From NCBI GenBank assembly GCA_043228905.1, contig JBHGNT010000007.1, positions 5,890,001 to 5,954,000 on the forward strand: a stretch of 64,000 nt of DNA, written 5' to 3'. This document shows positions 13,800-26,631 of the stretch, in pieces (the first letter of the stretch is position 1; the number at the start of each line of letters is the position of its first letter). A program made the translations under genes and the position numbers. A model generated the notes under the pieces. That model worked only from the letters and a program-made list of their open reading frames with translations. It made no database searches and had not been told where the DNA came from. The stretch is from Azolla caroliniana. Lineage: Eukaryota > Plantae > Polypodiophyta.

Positions 13800-16202
13800 A
13801 TGAGCTTTTCAATGTCTAGGCACTGTGCCAATGATGTCTCATCAATGTTTAGTACATCATTCCCTGTAAGGGAGACACAAGCATTGTTGTCAGAGTGTTA
13901 CATCGATGATTCTGTAGTGAAGAGTTTATGTGTAAATGGAGAATTGAAGGAGGCTGTGTTGGCCTTAGATGAGATGGAGCATCTCGGTGTTAGAGTGAGT
14001 GTAGAAACTTATCTCATCCTTTTACAACTGTGTCTCAATCTTCAGAGCCTTACTTGTGCTCGCCAAGTCCATGCTTATATAGTCAAGAATGGATTACTGC
14101 CCAACACTACCCTGGAAAATCTCCTGGTGGAAATTTATGCCAGATGTGAGAATATGGATGAAGCATGCTATGTGTTTCATGCCATAGTGGAACGCGATAT
14201 TGTATCATGGAATGTAATCATTGGGGGGTTTGCTCAACAAAGGAATTCGGAAAAGGTTTTCATTTATTTTTCAAGGATGATGCTGGAAACACAGCTCACG
14301 CCGAACACATTCACCTTTTTAAATGTTCTAAAGTTATGTGCAATTTCTCAAAACATGACCAATGGCACAATTGTCCACTCCTACATTGTAGAAACTGGGG
14401 AGGAGGAAGATTCAGATGAATATGTGGCGAATGGCCTTATTGATATGTATGTCCAATGTGGTAGCATGAGAGATGCACACAAAGTTTTCTGCACAATGTG
14501 TGAAAGGAAAAGGAATCTTGTATCATGGAACATGCTAATCTGTGGGTATGCAAAGGGTGGATGCAATGCACCTGCATTGGAACTGTTCTGGACTATGGTA
14601 GAGGAAGGAAGGAGGCCAAATCGGATAACTTTCTTAGGTGCCCTTAAAGCATGTGCTGGGTTAGGTTGCTTAGACAGTGGTAAGAAAGTGCATGAATTCC
14701 TTGCGAGATATGGACTTGAACTGACTTTGTATCTGAGCAGTGCACTTATTGATATGTATGCAAAGTGTGGAAATTCAGAGCTGGGACGCCTACTTTTTGA
14801 CAAACTTCCCGAACGCAATGTTGTGGTGTGGACGTCTATGATTTCAGGCTATCTACAGCAAGGAGAACATGAAGAAGCACTGAAGCTTTTTGGACAGATG
14901 GGAAGAGAGGGTGTGTGCCCTAACCAAGTCACGTTCATTGTGGCTCTAAAAGCTTGCTGCTCTGCTTCAGCCATAGGGTATGGCAAAAGAATACATTCAC
15001 TTCTTGCAAAAATGGAAGCACAATCAGATGTAGTTTTACAGGGCTGCCTTGTGGACATGTACACAAAATGTGGCAGCCTGGATAATGCAATGTGTGTGAG
15101 TGATGAAATGCCAATGCAAGATAGCGTGTTATGGAATGGGATGGTTGCGGGTTATCTTGCATACGAGCATCCTAAAGATGCATTAGTTCTTTTCACTAAG
15201 ATGGAGCAAAGAGGTGTACAAATTGATGAAGTTACCTTTGTATCTGTTCTCAAAGCATGTGCCTATTTGAACAAACTGGAATTTGGCAAGGAGGTCCATT
15301 TAAAGATTATCGAATCTAATGTTAATCAAAATAAGTTCTTGAACAACATGCTAGTCGATATGTACCACAAATGTGGGCAAAGGAAGGAGGCCTCTAAGGT
15401 GTTCAATGAACTTGTAGAAAGAGATGTCGTCGCATGGAATATCATTATGTGTGGACATGTGGCTGACGGAGATATGGAAGCCATGCTGATACGGCATACT
15501 GAGATGATGCATGCATCTGTATTGCCTGATGGAGTTACGTTTCTCAGCATGCTTCAAGCATGTGCTAGCTTGGGTGCGTTAGATCTTGGTAAGAGGTATC
15601 ACTCTTGTGTGCAAGAATTTGGTTACGTCATTGAACCTGCCACGAGTCTCTCAAACACATTGATCGATATGTATGCAAAGTGTGGTAGCATAGAAAAGGC
15701 GTCTTCAATATTCTTTAGCATGCCGATTCGTACATCTGTGTCGTGGAATGTGATGACCGCTGGATATGCACAACATGGGTATGCAAAGGAAGCCATTGAA
15801 TTATTCGAAGAAATGCAACTGAAAGTTGGCATGACACTTGACCATGTCACACTAGTAGCTGTGATATGTGCATGTAATTTTGCAGGTCTTGTGGATGCTG
15901 CTTACTACTACTTTGCACTCATAACACAGGTTTACAATATCGAGCCAACAGAGGAGGCCATTGCGTCCATGGTCGACCTACTGGGACGGGCAGGGCTATT
16001 GGCAGAGGCAGCTCTGTTTATGGAGGAGACAAGATCAAAAAGTTATGTGGTTGTATGGAAGGCCATGCTAGGGGCAAGCAGAATTCATAATGACGTGACT
16101 CTAGGAAAACATGCCGCTCAATCGGTTTTAGAATTGGACCCACAAGATACTGCTGCTTTTGTTCTCTTATCCAATATTTGTGTTGAATCCATTTCTTTTT
16201 GA
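13800..16202 (+). CDS. PLS-class pentatricopeptide repeat (PPR) protein with truncated E domain; probable organellar RNA-editing specificity factor
   Basis: Repeated P-L-S motifs (LIDMYAKCG, VSWNxMI, PNxVTFLxxLKAC) and an E-domain start (MVDLLGRAG...VVWKAMLGASRIH...LELDPQDTAAFVLLSNI). No DYW domain. First ATG is at 13800; an acceptor-like TTACAG at 13772-13777 suggests upstream exon(s). Confidence 0.93.
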   Translation: MSFSMSRHCANDVSSMFSTSFPVRETQALLSECYIDDSVVKSLCVNGELKEAVLALDEMEHLGVRVSVETYLILLQLCLNLQSLTCARQVHAYIVKNGLLPNTTLENLLVEIYARCENMDEACYVFHAIVERDIVSWNVIIGGFAQQRNSEKVFIYFSRMMLETQLTPNTFTFLNVLKLCAISQNMTNGTIVHSYIVETGEEEDSDEYVANGLIDMYVQCGSMRDAHKVFCTMCERKRNLVSWNMLICGYAKGGCNAPALELFWTMVEEGRRPNRITFLGALKACAGLGCLDSGKKVHEFLARYGLELTLYLSSALIDMYAKCGNSELGRLLFDKLPERNVVVWTSMISGYLQQGEHEEALKLFGQMGREGVCPNQVTFIVALKACCSASAIGYGKRIHSLLAKMEAQSDVVLQGCLVDMYTKCGSLDNAMCVSDEMPMQDSVLWNGMVAGYLAYEHPKDALVLFTKMEQRGVQIDEVTFVSVLKACAYLNKLEFGKEVHLKIIESNVNQNKFLNNMLVDMYHKCGQRKEASKVFNELVERDVVAWNIIMCGHVADGDMEAMLIRHTEMMHASVLPDGVTFLSMLQACASLGALDLGKRYHSCVQEFGYVIEPATSLSNTLIDMYAKCGSIEKASSIFFSMPIRTSVSWNVMTAGYAQHGYAKEAIELFEEMQLKVGMTLDHVTLVAVICACNFAGLVDAAYYYFALITQVYNIEPTEEAIASMVDLLGRAGLLAEAALFMEETRSKSYVVVWKAMLGASRIHNDVTLGKHAAQSVLELDPQDTAAFVLLSNICVESISF

Positions 16203-18139
16203 GAACAGATGTGCTAATGAGGTATCAGATGAACCCACGATTGGTATTGTATGAAGGTGATACCACCAAAAACTTGGTTGGATCCATTTCTTTTTGAGAG
16301 CACACAGCCTACCTCCAAAGAGTGATCTAAATGATATCCTTGATGCCACATAGAATTGTTACACTGTGGTGCTAATGAGGTATCGGATGAATGTAGGTAG
16401 TCAATCAAACAAAGGCTGTTTGCATACTCACATGCAAGTCATCAATATTGAATGGAGTAATGTGCATAAAGCTGATGTGCATTCACTCACCACCGATACA
16501 AGATAAACAAGAGAGAAGCACAACGTGAAAGCATTGCATTTACATCTGATAAGAATCTTCAGACTTCCAATGAAGTTAATGCATATAGATTCACAAGCTT
16601 GCCTCAAAAATCCAAAATGTTGGTATTGTGGTAAAGTTTGTTCTTTGCAATGTTAAGATGTGTGGTTAAGTCTCATCCCGTTGAGTTGATGTCGTGCTCC
16701 TACGAAAAACTGTTCAAACACTGAACACAAAGATTGTGGTACAAACTTACCAACACAAAACTTGATTTGTCACTTGTCGTACTACCTAAACTATGCTAAT
16801 ATATGTCGTGATCTCTTCACCCACCAAATATGGATGCCAACTTCTTAGTGGCGAAAGGAATCAATGGCAATGACCAAGTACATGCTCTTGCCGAAGCATT
16901 CAACTTGTGGTCGAGCACTAGATGAACCAACTGAAGTGGTGCTGTGCCATTCTATATCAGTGTGATCCAAGATTAACCATATATACTTCCTTATGCCTGG
17001 TTGATGCGCATGTTTACATCATTTTTTCCGTGTTATAACAATTTCTATGTGCCTACACACCATATTTATCAAGGTGGCACATATGATTGAACTCAACTTA
17101 TATAGTAGGATGCATTTTCTATTTAACATGAGTGAATAACTTATGTATGGCTGAATCTTGTTATATGTAAAAATGGTATGATGCTCAACATGTCGTTGGG
17201 ACGTTTCGCAATCTTATCCTTTTTTATGCTGATATCAAGTTTGTTATTGAATTACATTTAACTATTGTGGGAATTGCAATCTTTCTTGGACATGGTGTAG
17301 TACTTAATGCTCATGGCTGAAGACAAGGTCTCATGTATGACATGAACTCTCCAAACAATTACGTGGATGCATCAATAATAAGTACTACATAATTTCCTAT
17401 TCTTGTGGGTCCATTGAATTTATATTTTATAATGGTAGACGATTATATCCTATTGATCACTGCCTCTATGAAGGGTAACACCACTCATGATACCCTAACG
17501 ACACACTAACCATTCAATTAATACAAATTAGATAATAGGTAACAATAAACCAAAGTACGAATTACATTAAAATAGCAAGAGGTACATTTGGATATTGTAA
17601 GATTGGATGAAATATCAAGCATGTCTTTATATAGGCTACAATGTAGAGGAAAATTGGTGACTCATGTTGACTCTTCACCTAGACTTGCTTAAAGAATGTT
17701 CACATTATGCTCTTGGCCACGAAATAGGATACAATAGGTTCATATGTGAGAGCCATTTGCAAGGCAAGTTGGCTCCTAATTCTAATCTTTGTAGTCCAAG
17801 GCCATAGAAAATCAAATAGTCTCAACATCAACATAAGTACAAACCCAAGTCAACATGATAAGACATTGTCAAGACTAAGTAGCTTTATACAACTCATGTT
17901 ATTGCTGACACATTGGCAAAGCGCCATGGCTATACATTTTTAAACAAGGAAAGCACAAGTACTTTTTAATGACCCGGTACAATTAAAATCTAGATGAAGA
18001 CAAAAGGTTCTTATTACATCAGAAGTTTGCAACCAACAATTTTTTTTCTTCAAAGATTTTCCTCATTAGTATTAAGAAAAACATGTGAATGCTATAGCTT
18101 AAGCTTATGTGCCCAAAAGCTTACAATTTTCATGTACAA

Positions 18140-18720
18140 TTATATACTTCCTAGGCATTGATAATGATTTAGTTTAGTTCGGTTCAATTTGTGAGTCTCA
18201 TACTCAAACCGCGTAATTTTTTTGCAATGTGAAAAGAAGCTAACTATGAAACCAAATCATTTGCAAGATTTTTGAGCTCAAATCAAATGGTTCAAGATAT
18301 TAATGAACCGTTAAGCACCATTAAGCCATTAGGTTGTGGTTTTGCAATTCAAATTTGGCTTGAACTAAATTATTTATTGACTATACACTCAATTTTAAAT
18401 TTGTGGTAAAAGGACTAATTTTTTAAAACTCAAAAGAAAACAAGAACTTAAAAGAATGTTGGATTCAAAGTTAAAATTTTATACTACATATTATATCATT
18501 TAAAAAGTTTATTTATATATGTAATAAATATCTAAAAAATTGTCTCCTGAAATTGTTAAGTTGATAAAGGATCAAACCGTAACCTTAAATCCCCACGCCA
18601 AACCAAACCCAAATCAAACCGTTTACAAAATTTTGAACCTGAATTGATGTGAAGCCATTAAGCTGTTAACTCAGGATTTCATAGCTTGGCTCGACTCAAA
18701 CTAAAATGTTGCCAACTCAA
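18140..18720. mobile_element. Degenerate hAT-like MITE remnant (AACCG/CGGTT-rich ends, AT-rich core)
   Basis: GTTCGGTTC and AAACCG motifs cluster at both ends, as in the better preserved MITEs at 25.8 kb and 58.7 kb. Termini were not resolved. Confidence 0.4.
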
Positions 18721-20976
18721 ATTCATTCCTCAACAACAAACTTCTCTAGCCAAGTCTTTGAGCATCTTCCACACATTCTTTCTATATTATGCTTTTTCTC
18801 AAGTTTTGTGCCAACATTTTCTTCCCTACAAGCAATGAGCTTGTCCATTTTCTTGTTTTAGGACCTCACACGACCCCATTATTTCTATCATGACTTGGCC
18901 ATGTAGTAAAGATCTCAATCCATGGGTTTCTAATTTGTTTGAACCTCTATATGGTTTCTTTTGAGCCATAGATAGTTCAATCTAAGTATTCCTCAAGTAT
19001 GGGGAGAGATACAAGCTCTAGGGCCATATGCACCACTTGTGCTATGATTATTTTAGATTTTTTGCTCTTTGAGCACATGAAGAACAAATGAAAAAGAATT
19101 TCGACCTTGTCAACCTTATGTGTAGTTCAAGGACCATTGAACAAAATCCACATAGTTCACTATCAATTTTCCATCTCTTCCTAAACTCCAAATTTGTTGA
19201 GTCTAAAGTTGCCACCAATGAGTGAGCCAACAAGGATTTCATTAAACCTATCGTACTTCCAACACTGTTCCAAGATTCCCTTTCATGTCTTCCTAAACAT
19301 CAAATTCATTGAGTCTAAAGTTGGCACCAATGAGTGAGTAAACTAGGAACTCGTTAAACCTATCGTACTTTCAACAATGTTCCAAGGTAGGGAATTGAGC
19401 TGGGATTTTTGTTTAGTCTCCTCTTGGTACACCACATGTATGGTTCAAGGGGTGAAGTGGCTTGGATAAAGGATGGATTATCTTCATCCCATTGCTGAAT
19501 TCTAGTTCTACTTAGTTCCAAGTCTTGGTTGCTTAATTGGCAACTGGCTTGAACTCCCCTTCCCCTTTTAAAGGTCTTGGCATTGTAATTTCATAGATCA
19601 CCACAAGTGTGGAGACCTATTCGATCGAGTCTTGGAAACTTGTCTTCGCCTACATTTCTTTTGGTTAGCTAACATGGCAGAATGCAACTTAAAGGATGGA
19701 ATATTAAGTAATGTCCAAAGCCAAACCTAGTTCATTTAAGTCTTATCAATCAAATGGAAGAATCCTTTCAAGAATTAGAACAATGACATGAAGAACAATA
19801 AGCAACGGCTGATAAGGCAGATTCAACTTAGTGATGGATATAAGGACACACTTAGCATGGAGTATTAATGTCCAAAGATAATCCTAGTTGATCTAACTCT
19901 ATCAATGCAAGAATCCTTTCAAGAATTAGAGCACAATGAGGTGAAGAACTCTATCAATCAAATGGAAGAATCCTTTCAAGCAAATGGCTGATAAGGCCGA
20001 AACTAACAATGGATTATAAGGACACATTTTAGCATCTTATGGAGACAATTGCCAGAATCAATTAAGTTTACTTCATCTCATTGTTTGTTTCATCGTAGAA
20101 TGATGACCCTACTTCCTTCTGGTTTTGAGAGCATGGCCATTTTGATCACACAAGGGAGTGATGGTTATTTCCCCAACACAAATTTGCAGTGCACATCATA
20201 CTATGTATGCACATACCTACATTAGAATTTAAAGAAAACTTCATGCCAGGAGACAACCCATTGATAATTTAGAATTGAAAAGCTTCATGTAGTAGGATAA
20301 TTGAGCCCATTGATTAGAATTGAAAAGCTTCATGCGAGGATAATTGAACCCGATTAACTAGAATTGAGATGCTTCATGCTAGGGGAGATTTAATCCGATA
20401 GCGGGACTAAACAACTTGGACGGACGAGACGGTATCAAAGCACAAGCAGACACCACTACCTCATATGTATGATAGTTTGTTTGTTTTGTCAAGTTCCATT
20501 TGAGGATTTTGAAAAGCTAAGCCTGGGAATCTATAAGTAGTAGTAGTAGTAGTAGTAGTAGTAATATGATAGTTTGATAGACCCAATTGGTAGAGAGGAG
20601 ACATTTGGAGGGTTACATTGGCTGGCCTTTTTCTAAGCAGTTCTTGCTCTCAATGCCATTGGATATGGAAATTTTATAGATGATTAATGTTTTGACAGTT
20701 TTTGAGCTCTCAATGTCAAGATGTATGGTGATGATGGTTGACATGGTGCTGCACACCATGATTTAATGGAGAAGGTGCTTTTTCTGTAACATCACAAGAA
20801 GAGATGAATGAATTCAAGGCCTTCTTTTTTTGTTTGTTTTAGCAGTGGGAGAAAACCTTGTGGAATAGGGTTTTCCCTTCATATTCTGGTAATAACCTTT
20901 TCTTGCTAAGGATTTGGTTAATTATATCAAATATGGCTCCTTGACAGTATGATATATATATATATATATATACAAA

Positions 20977-21413
20977 TCATGGCATGTACAATCTTCCTTC
21001 ACATTTACATCGCCATGCTTCAGGATAGTATTGATCACAATCATTTATGCACTGCATTGTGGTGAAAGAAGAAGCAGAAGAAGAAGATGATGATGATGAA
21101 GATGAAGATGAAGATGAAGATGAAGATGAAGATGAAGATGCAGGTTGGATTCGGACTTGCACAGCCTTGCATGGACTGCAACCTTTACACTTTGAAGCTC
21201 CGCATTTGGACATGGGATTGGAGCCCATTGCTATTAATAATGACTTTCTCGCATTAGGGTTAGCATTAGGGTTAGCATTAGGGTTACACAGATTGAGGAA
21301 CAAAACAAGCAGCCCATTAGAACTTGAAGAAGAAGAAGAAGAAGAAGAAGAAGGGGAAGTGCAATCTTTCCTCTTCCTGTTGCAAGACATAATGATTTAA
21401 GATTAGAGCTCAT
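20977..21413 (-). CDS. EPFL: EPIDERMAL PATTERNING FACTOR-LIKE secreted cysteine-rich peptide (EPFL4/5/6-type C-terminus)
   Basis: Mature domain GSNPMSKC..KC.GCSPCKAVQVRI...YYPEAWRCKCEGRLYMP in ORF 21390-20977. A signal-peptide-like segment starts at ATG 21413 in another frame, so the 5' gene structure is uncertain. Confidence 0.88.
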
Positions 21414-22829
21414 AATAATGGTAATGAAGGAGGGGGAAAAGAAAGGATCTGAGAGAGAGAGACAGAAGGATGAGAGGGATGGGGACAAAAGGCGGAGCAG
21501 AGAATAAGAAGGAAGAAAGAAAGAGACAGAGAGAGGATGGATTGGATGGATTGGATTGGACTTTTGATTCCCTTTGAATTCTTCTGTTCTGTTCTGTTCT
21601 GTTCTGTTCTTTTTCTTCGTCTGTTCTTCTTCTTTCTTTTTCTTTTTCTTTTTCTTTTTCCACCATTCCTTCATATATATAACTGATGGTCCCAAAAGAA
21701 AACAAACTCTGCCATAACACCCCCCAAATATGGGGAAGAAAAATACTCTCTCCTCTCTTGAATTTTTGTTCTTTTCCTCCCCCTACTAAACATGGCTCTA
21801 CAAATATAGCAGAGCAGAGCAGAAACAGAGCATATCTATCTTCTCTCATTCTTCTTTCTTCTTTCTTCTTTCTTCTCTCTGATTGATTGGTACATGTGTT
21901 TGTAATTTCCCCTCAAATTTAGTTCATGTTTTCTCTTATGATTTATCATTCTTCAAATGTATCAAACTTTTGCAACTTGCATAGTACGTAACATTCGTTT
22001 TCCTACGTTGGAAAACGAATGCCAATGTTATTCAAACATTCTTGTGTTTTTTTTCCCCCAATTTATAAAGTTTTTTTTCCCCCCTTTCTTTAGGTTTATT
22101 TACACTCCTAATAAATAGTTAATCCAAAAGTATGGTATTTACCATTCTTAGAGGGTGTTTACCATACTCGAATGATTGAAACATACTATGCTTGCAAGAA
22201 TGTATATTGGTATGCATACATACATCAAATAGTACGTCATATACTCGTAATATACTCGCATGCATTGGCAAACATTCTTGTATTTTTTCCCGAACGCGTA
22301 TGTTATCAAAACATTCTTGTGTTTTTATTTTTTATTTTTACACTTTTTAGTATTTACCTTAACTTTCTTACCTTAAAAAAAACTTTGCCTTATAATAGAT
22401 AATGAATACAATAAACTTTGCCTTATACTAAATAATGAATACAAAAGTATGGTATTTAAACATGCTCGAATGCGAATGCACGTATGGTTCATACTATGCA
22501 TACAGTGAGTGATACATTTATTTATGCATGTAATGTATCCATGCAAGTATATATACATAGTCGAATCATGAATGTATCAATGCATACATGTATGTACATA
22601 CCTAGTAACCTACCTATGTATATGTATATATATGCACGCACGTACGTACATATGTATGTGTGTAGTTAGACATATTTGCATGCATGCATGCATGTGTGTG
22701 TATATGTATATCTATGTATGTCTCTACATATATGTATGTTGTATACATGTATATATGTACATCTACCGTATAAAAGTAAAAATAAACTTGTATGCCCAAA
22801 TGACACGATTATTAAAATTCAAAGAGGAA

Positions 22830-23355
22830 TAATAATGGTGATGCAACGAAGTCAAATGGAGGCTCCTTACATGTTAAAGACAATGCAAGAGGTATAGGAG
22901 CTACTATGCACCACCACAATGTGGTTTATTTGGATTGCTAGGTGTTCTAAGGTGTTTGGTAATACTACTGTTCATCTAGTGGAAAGTGTACGGAATGTCT
23001 GGATGGAGATGGTACATACCTTGAAAGGGCGGTATGAGGATATTAAAGTTGAGACAGATGCTGCCGTGTTGCAACTTGCAATGTCTCGAATTTATTGCCT
23101 ATTGGAAGAAGGCCCCCTTTTCTCACAGTACAAAATTCAAGACCTAAATGGTGCTTAGCACCACCAGTATGGTTGTTCCCACCACCAATCACATAACTTG
23201 GTTAAGGAGTGGTGGAGTGTTCATACTATTTATCCTTGAGGGATGGGACCTAAGGAAGAATGCACCAGATCAATGGTAGCTTGATGGTAGGTAAGTTTTT
23301 ATTGTAATAATTGTTCATAACTAATGAAAGGATATTTTTCTAGGAAAAAAATAAA
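22830..23355 (+). mobile_element. 3' fragment of L1-like LINE
   Basis: MWFIWIARCSKVF...VWMEMVHTLKGRY followed by a PPVWLFPPP remnant and the tail AATGAAAGGATATTTTTCTAGGAAAAAAATAAA; same motifs as the 3.4-6.0 kb LINE. Confidence 0.7.
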
Positions 23356-24339
23356 TTAGTTCTGTCCTAAGTGAAGCTTAAAAACTCAGCAACATTTTCC
23401 TTGTGGAAGCATGAGTGAAAGGAAATTTACGGCTTGAAATAACGGGTGTAAGAGAAACTTGGGCTGTTGGGACCTGTCCATTTTTTTAAAAACCCTATTA
23501 TGGGTTGGAACTAATGTGTGTGTTTTTTATTGTTTGAGAGAAAGGTTTTCGGTGGGCCATGTTTCCGAAAAATTGACTAGTTGTAGTTTGTAGACATAAC
23601 TATAGAGTCAAAATGCTCTTTCGAAGTCAAATGTTTTATGGAGGACTTCTACATAACTATTAGTTATGGAAGTGAAAATACATATTGATATGAATGCTTT
23701 TGGAGAAAGGGAGTTGTTAAGTATCAATGAATGATATTAAAGTCAAAATCTTCAGCAAGAAACATATGATTGGACATGCTTCCACGGCTGGAATCCCTAA
23801 GCAAATACACAACCTTCCACTTAGGAACTATAGAGAATTAAAGGCTTGCTTCAAAAATACGGAAAAAGTAAAGGCAATGATTTCATATTACGTGCTAGTG
23901 CATAATATCGTATAATGGATTAATAATTAAGCAAGAAATGTGGCATGAAATCTTAGTATATATGCGAGGTACAATGCTTAATCCATAATATAAACGTTGT
24001 ACGTTCTCTATAGTGAATATAATTCTACAGAAGTACTAATGCATATATCTTTGAACTTACCAATTTAAATCTCAATAACTTGGAGATTTAATTATTCCTC
24101 TTCTTAAGTGCAAGAAATTTAAATGTAATTCTTAGCACTCAAATTGTTGGGAATGAAGTTTTTCCATGAAAATGTTAATGATCTAGGATGATGATTGGCA
24201 CCCTTTTTCCGTGAGATATTGAATGATAGTGGTAATATATTTGGTTGTTCACATAAGAATGAGACATAGTTAAAAATATATAGTGTTAAATAATAATTTG
24301 TTCATTGGTATTAAAAGCAAAGTGGCCAGAGGCAATATA

Positions 24340-24630
24340 CAAAGTAGTTCAATATTACAAGAAATGTTGTGAAATAGTGCCGAACGACCATAGCCAAGCT
24401 TTATAGGTAAAGATAACGATAAAAATCCTCAATAAGTATTGGACTAGTAAAGAAAGTACAACCAAGCCATAACTTTCTCTAGAGCTACAAAGTAGTCCAA
24501 CGTTACAAGAAATGTTGTGAAACAGTGCCGAATGACCATAGCCAAGCTTTATAGGTAAAGATAATGATAAAAATCCTCGTAAAGTACTGGACTAGTAAAG
24601 AAAATACAACCAAGCCATAACTTTCTCTAG
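24340..24630 (+). repeat. Direct tandem duplication, period ~148 bp
   Basis: CAAAGTAGT..AA..TTACAAGAAATGTTGTGAAA.AGTGCCGAA.GACCATAGCCAAGCTTTATAGG occurs at ~24340 and ~24488. Confidence 0.85.
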
Positions 24631-25836
24631 ATCAGCAAGATGAAGAAGAAGCCAATGGAGGATATTTCTCTTGAAAAAATAAATGAATAAAAATAATAAT
24701 TCTTTCATTGGTTTGCTATTCATTTGTTATTGAGTTTAGACATAATGGATAGCCCATAAAACACGTGTTTTCTAACCTTAACCATTGTGGGTATTTCTTC
24801 ACGATAAAAACTCTTTTCAAGACTCTTGTTCAAATGCTTCAAGTCATGTTGATTTTGATGGTAGAATTAACCACAAACAATTGTTGGTGAAAATAAACAT
24901 TGACTTTGTGGATCACCCAAGTGTTTTCTATTCCAAAAAAACTATTCTTCATTAGTAGAACTTCTGCATACATGATGAAATGATTAGGCTGAAAACATTA
25001 CAATGGCTCTAGTCATGATGACCTATAATGAACAACAAAGAAGCATAGTGATAGACTATGTAATGACATTGGACATCCTATATGTAATGAACGTCTAGCA
25101 AAACCCCTTTTGAGGATGATTTATCCTGACCTTCTTCAGACATTGAACAATCAACGCATACTGGTGCATTCGAATTAGCTGAAGAATTCTCTACACTGTG
25201 GAAGAAGAGTTTTGTACACTTACCAATCAATGAGCTTATGTTTTTCTCCCTTTTTATGTGAACAAATGAAGAGTGTGTTGAATAAAACATGCACACACAA
25301 ACTTGAAAGTAAATGTAAAATAAACTTTAAAGAAGTATATTAACCAAGATAGACCTATTATAACCAAGACGTTGATCATACCACTAAAATATACGAAATC
25401 CTTACAAAATTGTATGCATATAAAGACTGAAGCCCATGACTCTCGTCCATTTCAAGTCTATGAGGCAGAATGCAAAAGACATGACATATTGGCCATAGTT
25501 TTATTAGTCTATAGAGTTGAACAAAGCCAAATTGACACAAAAGATTCATTCTTCCTTTCCAAATTGATGAGGAATGTATATATTTGGGTTTGTGGAAAGT
25601 CCTTGCCCAAGAAAGCGTTATATGGAGAGCTTCCTAGCCTACAATCAATCATTCCAAGGGAGTTATAGGTTATCCGTCCCAATAGAAATTTGAAAAACCA
25701 AGTTGTGATCGAAAGTGTGGGTCGATGCTCTCTATACATAGGTGACAACTACGTTGGTTCAAATCCAACTTGACCCAATATATTCGACCAATAAATATAA
25801 ACATTGGCTTTCAAAGGTTGTTGGGGAATGCCTATG

Positions 25837-26232
25837 TAACAATTGGCAACGGTTCGGTTTGAACTGAACCGTGAAACAACGGCTGAACGGTTTAAACAGT
25901 TCGGTTCAGGTTTGGGATTTTTTAACGGTTCAATTTCAAAAGTTGGAAATGGTTTAACGGTTTTTTATTGTTTTAAAACAATCTTTTGATTTTCATGCCT
26001 TATTTTCACATTTTAGGATTAATGAAATATTTTAAATTTGACCTAAGCTGAAAAACCGAAACCGAACCACGAAACCGCGGTTTTATCGGTTTAATGCTTA
26101 ACGGTTTGATTTTTTTTTTAATGGTTTGGTTTAACGGTTTCGTGGTATGGTTCGATTTGGTTCAAGTTTATAATTTTATAAATGGTTCGGTTTTGACCCT
26201 CTCGAACCGAACCAAACTGTTGCCGATTGTTA
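25837..26232. mobile_element. hAT-like MITE (~396 bp)
   Basis: TIRs TAACAATTGGCAAC...GTTGCCGATTGTTA, subterminal AACCG repeats, and 8-bp flanks TGCCTATG / TGCCTCTG (7/8 identical TSD). Confidence 0.85.
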
Positions 26233-26631
26233 TGCCTCTGTCGTGGTATCATGTAACCATTGGTATTGTTGCTACATCATATTAAGTTTCTTATAGTGGT
26301 GTCAAGCCTCATCTCAATGGCTCATCACACAAGTCTACACACTCATAGAGATCCTTTCTACGAATCCAACTTCCTTCCATCACCGTCCGACGGAAGACTA
26401 AAGGCATCATCGATGGTGTTACATGAAAGGGGACGGATCGGCCGACGGCCCGAAAACCGGACCACAACCATCCGTCCCAAAAGAAAAGGAAAGGATCTTT
26501 TGGTGGAATCCTGATGGGGAGAATCCTTTGGATCCTTTGACGGTCAGTTGGGATATCCTTTGATTTCATGGGGCTTGAGCGCAACTGCAAATTGTGTTGA
26601 GAGAGAGAGAGAGAGAGAGAGAGAACCAAAG

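Noticed and set aside
16400-16700. Possible detached DYW domain downstream of the PPR
   Set aside because: No HxE(x)nCxxC or DYW-like terminus found in the frames I read.
21253-21286. TTAGGG-containing repeats suggesting interstitial telomere
   Set aside because: Only three copies, spaced within a 12-bp unit inside the EPFL gene; not a telomeric array.
21047-21400. Acidic poly-D/E ORF on the plus strand
   Set aside because: Antisense reading of the EPFL Ser microsatellites.
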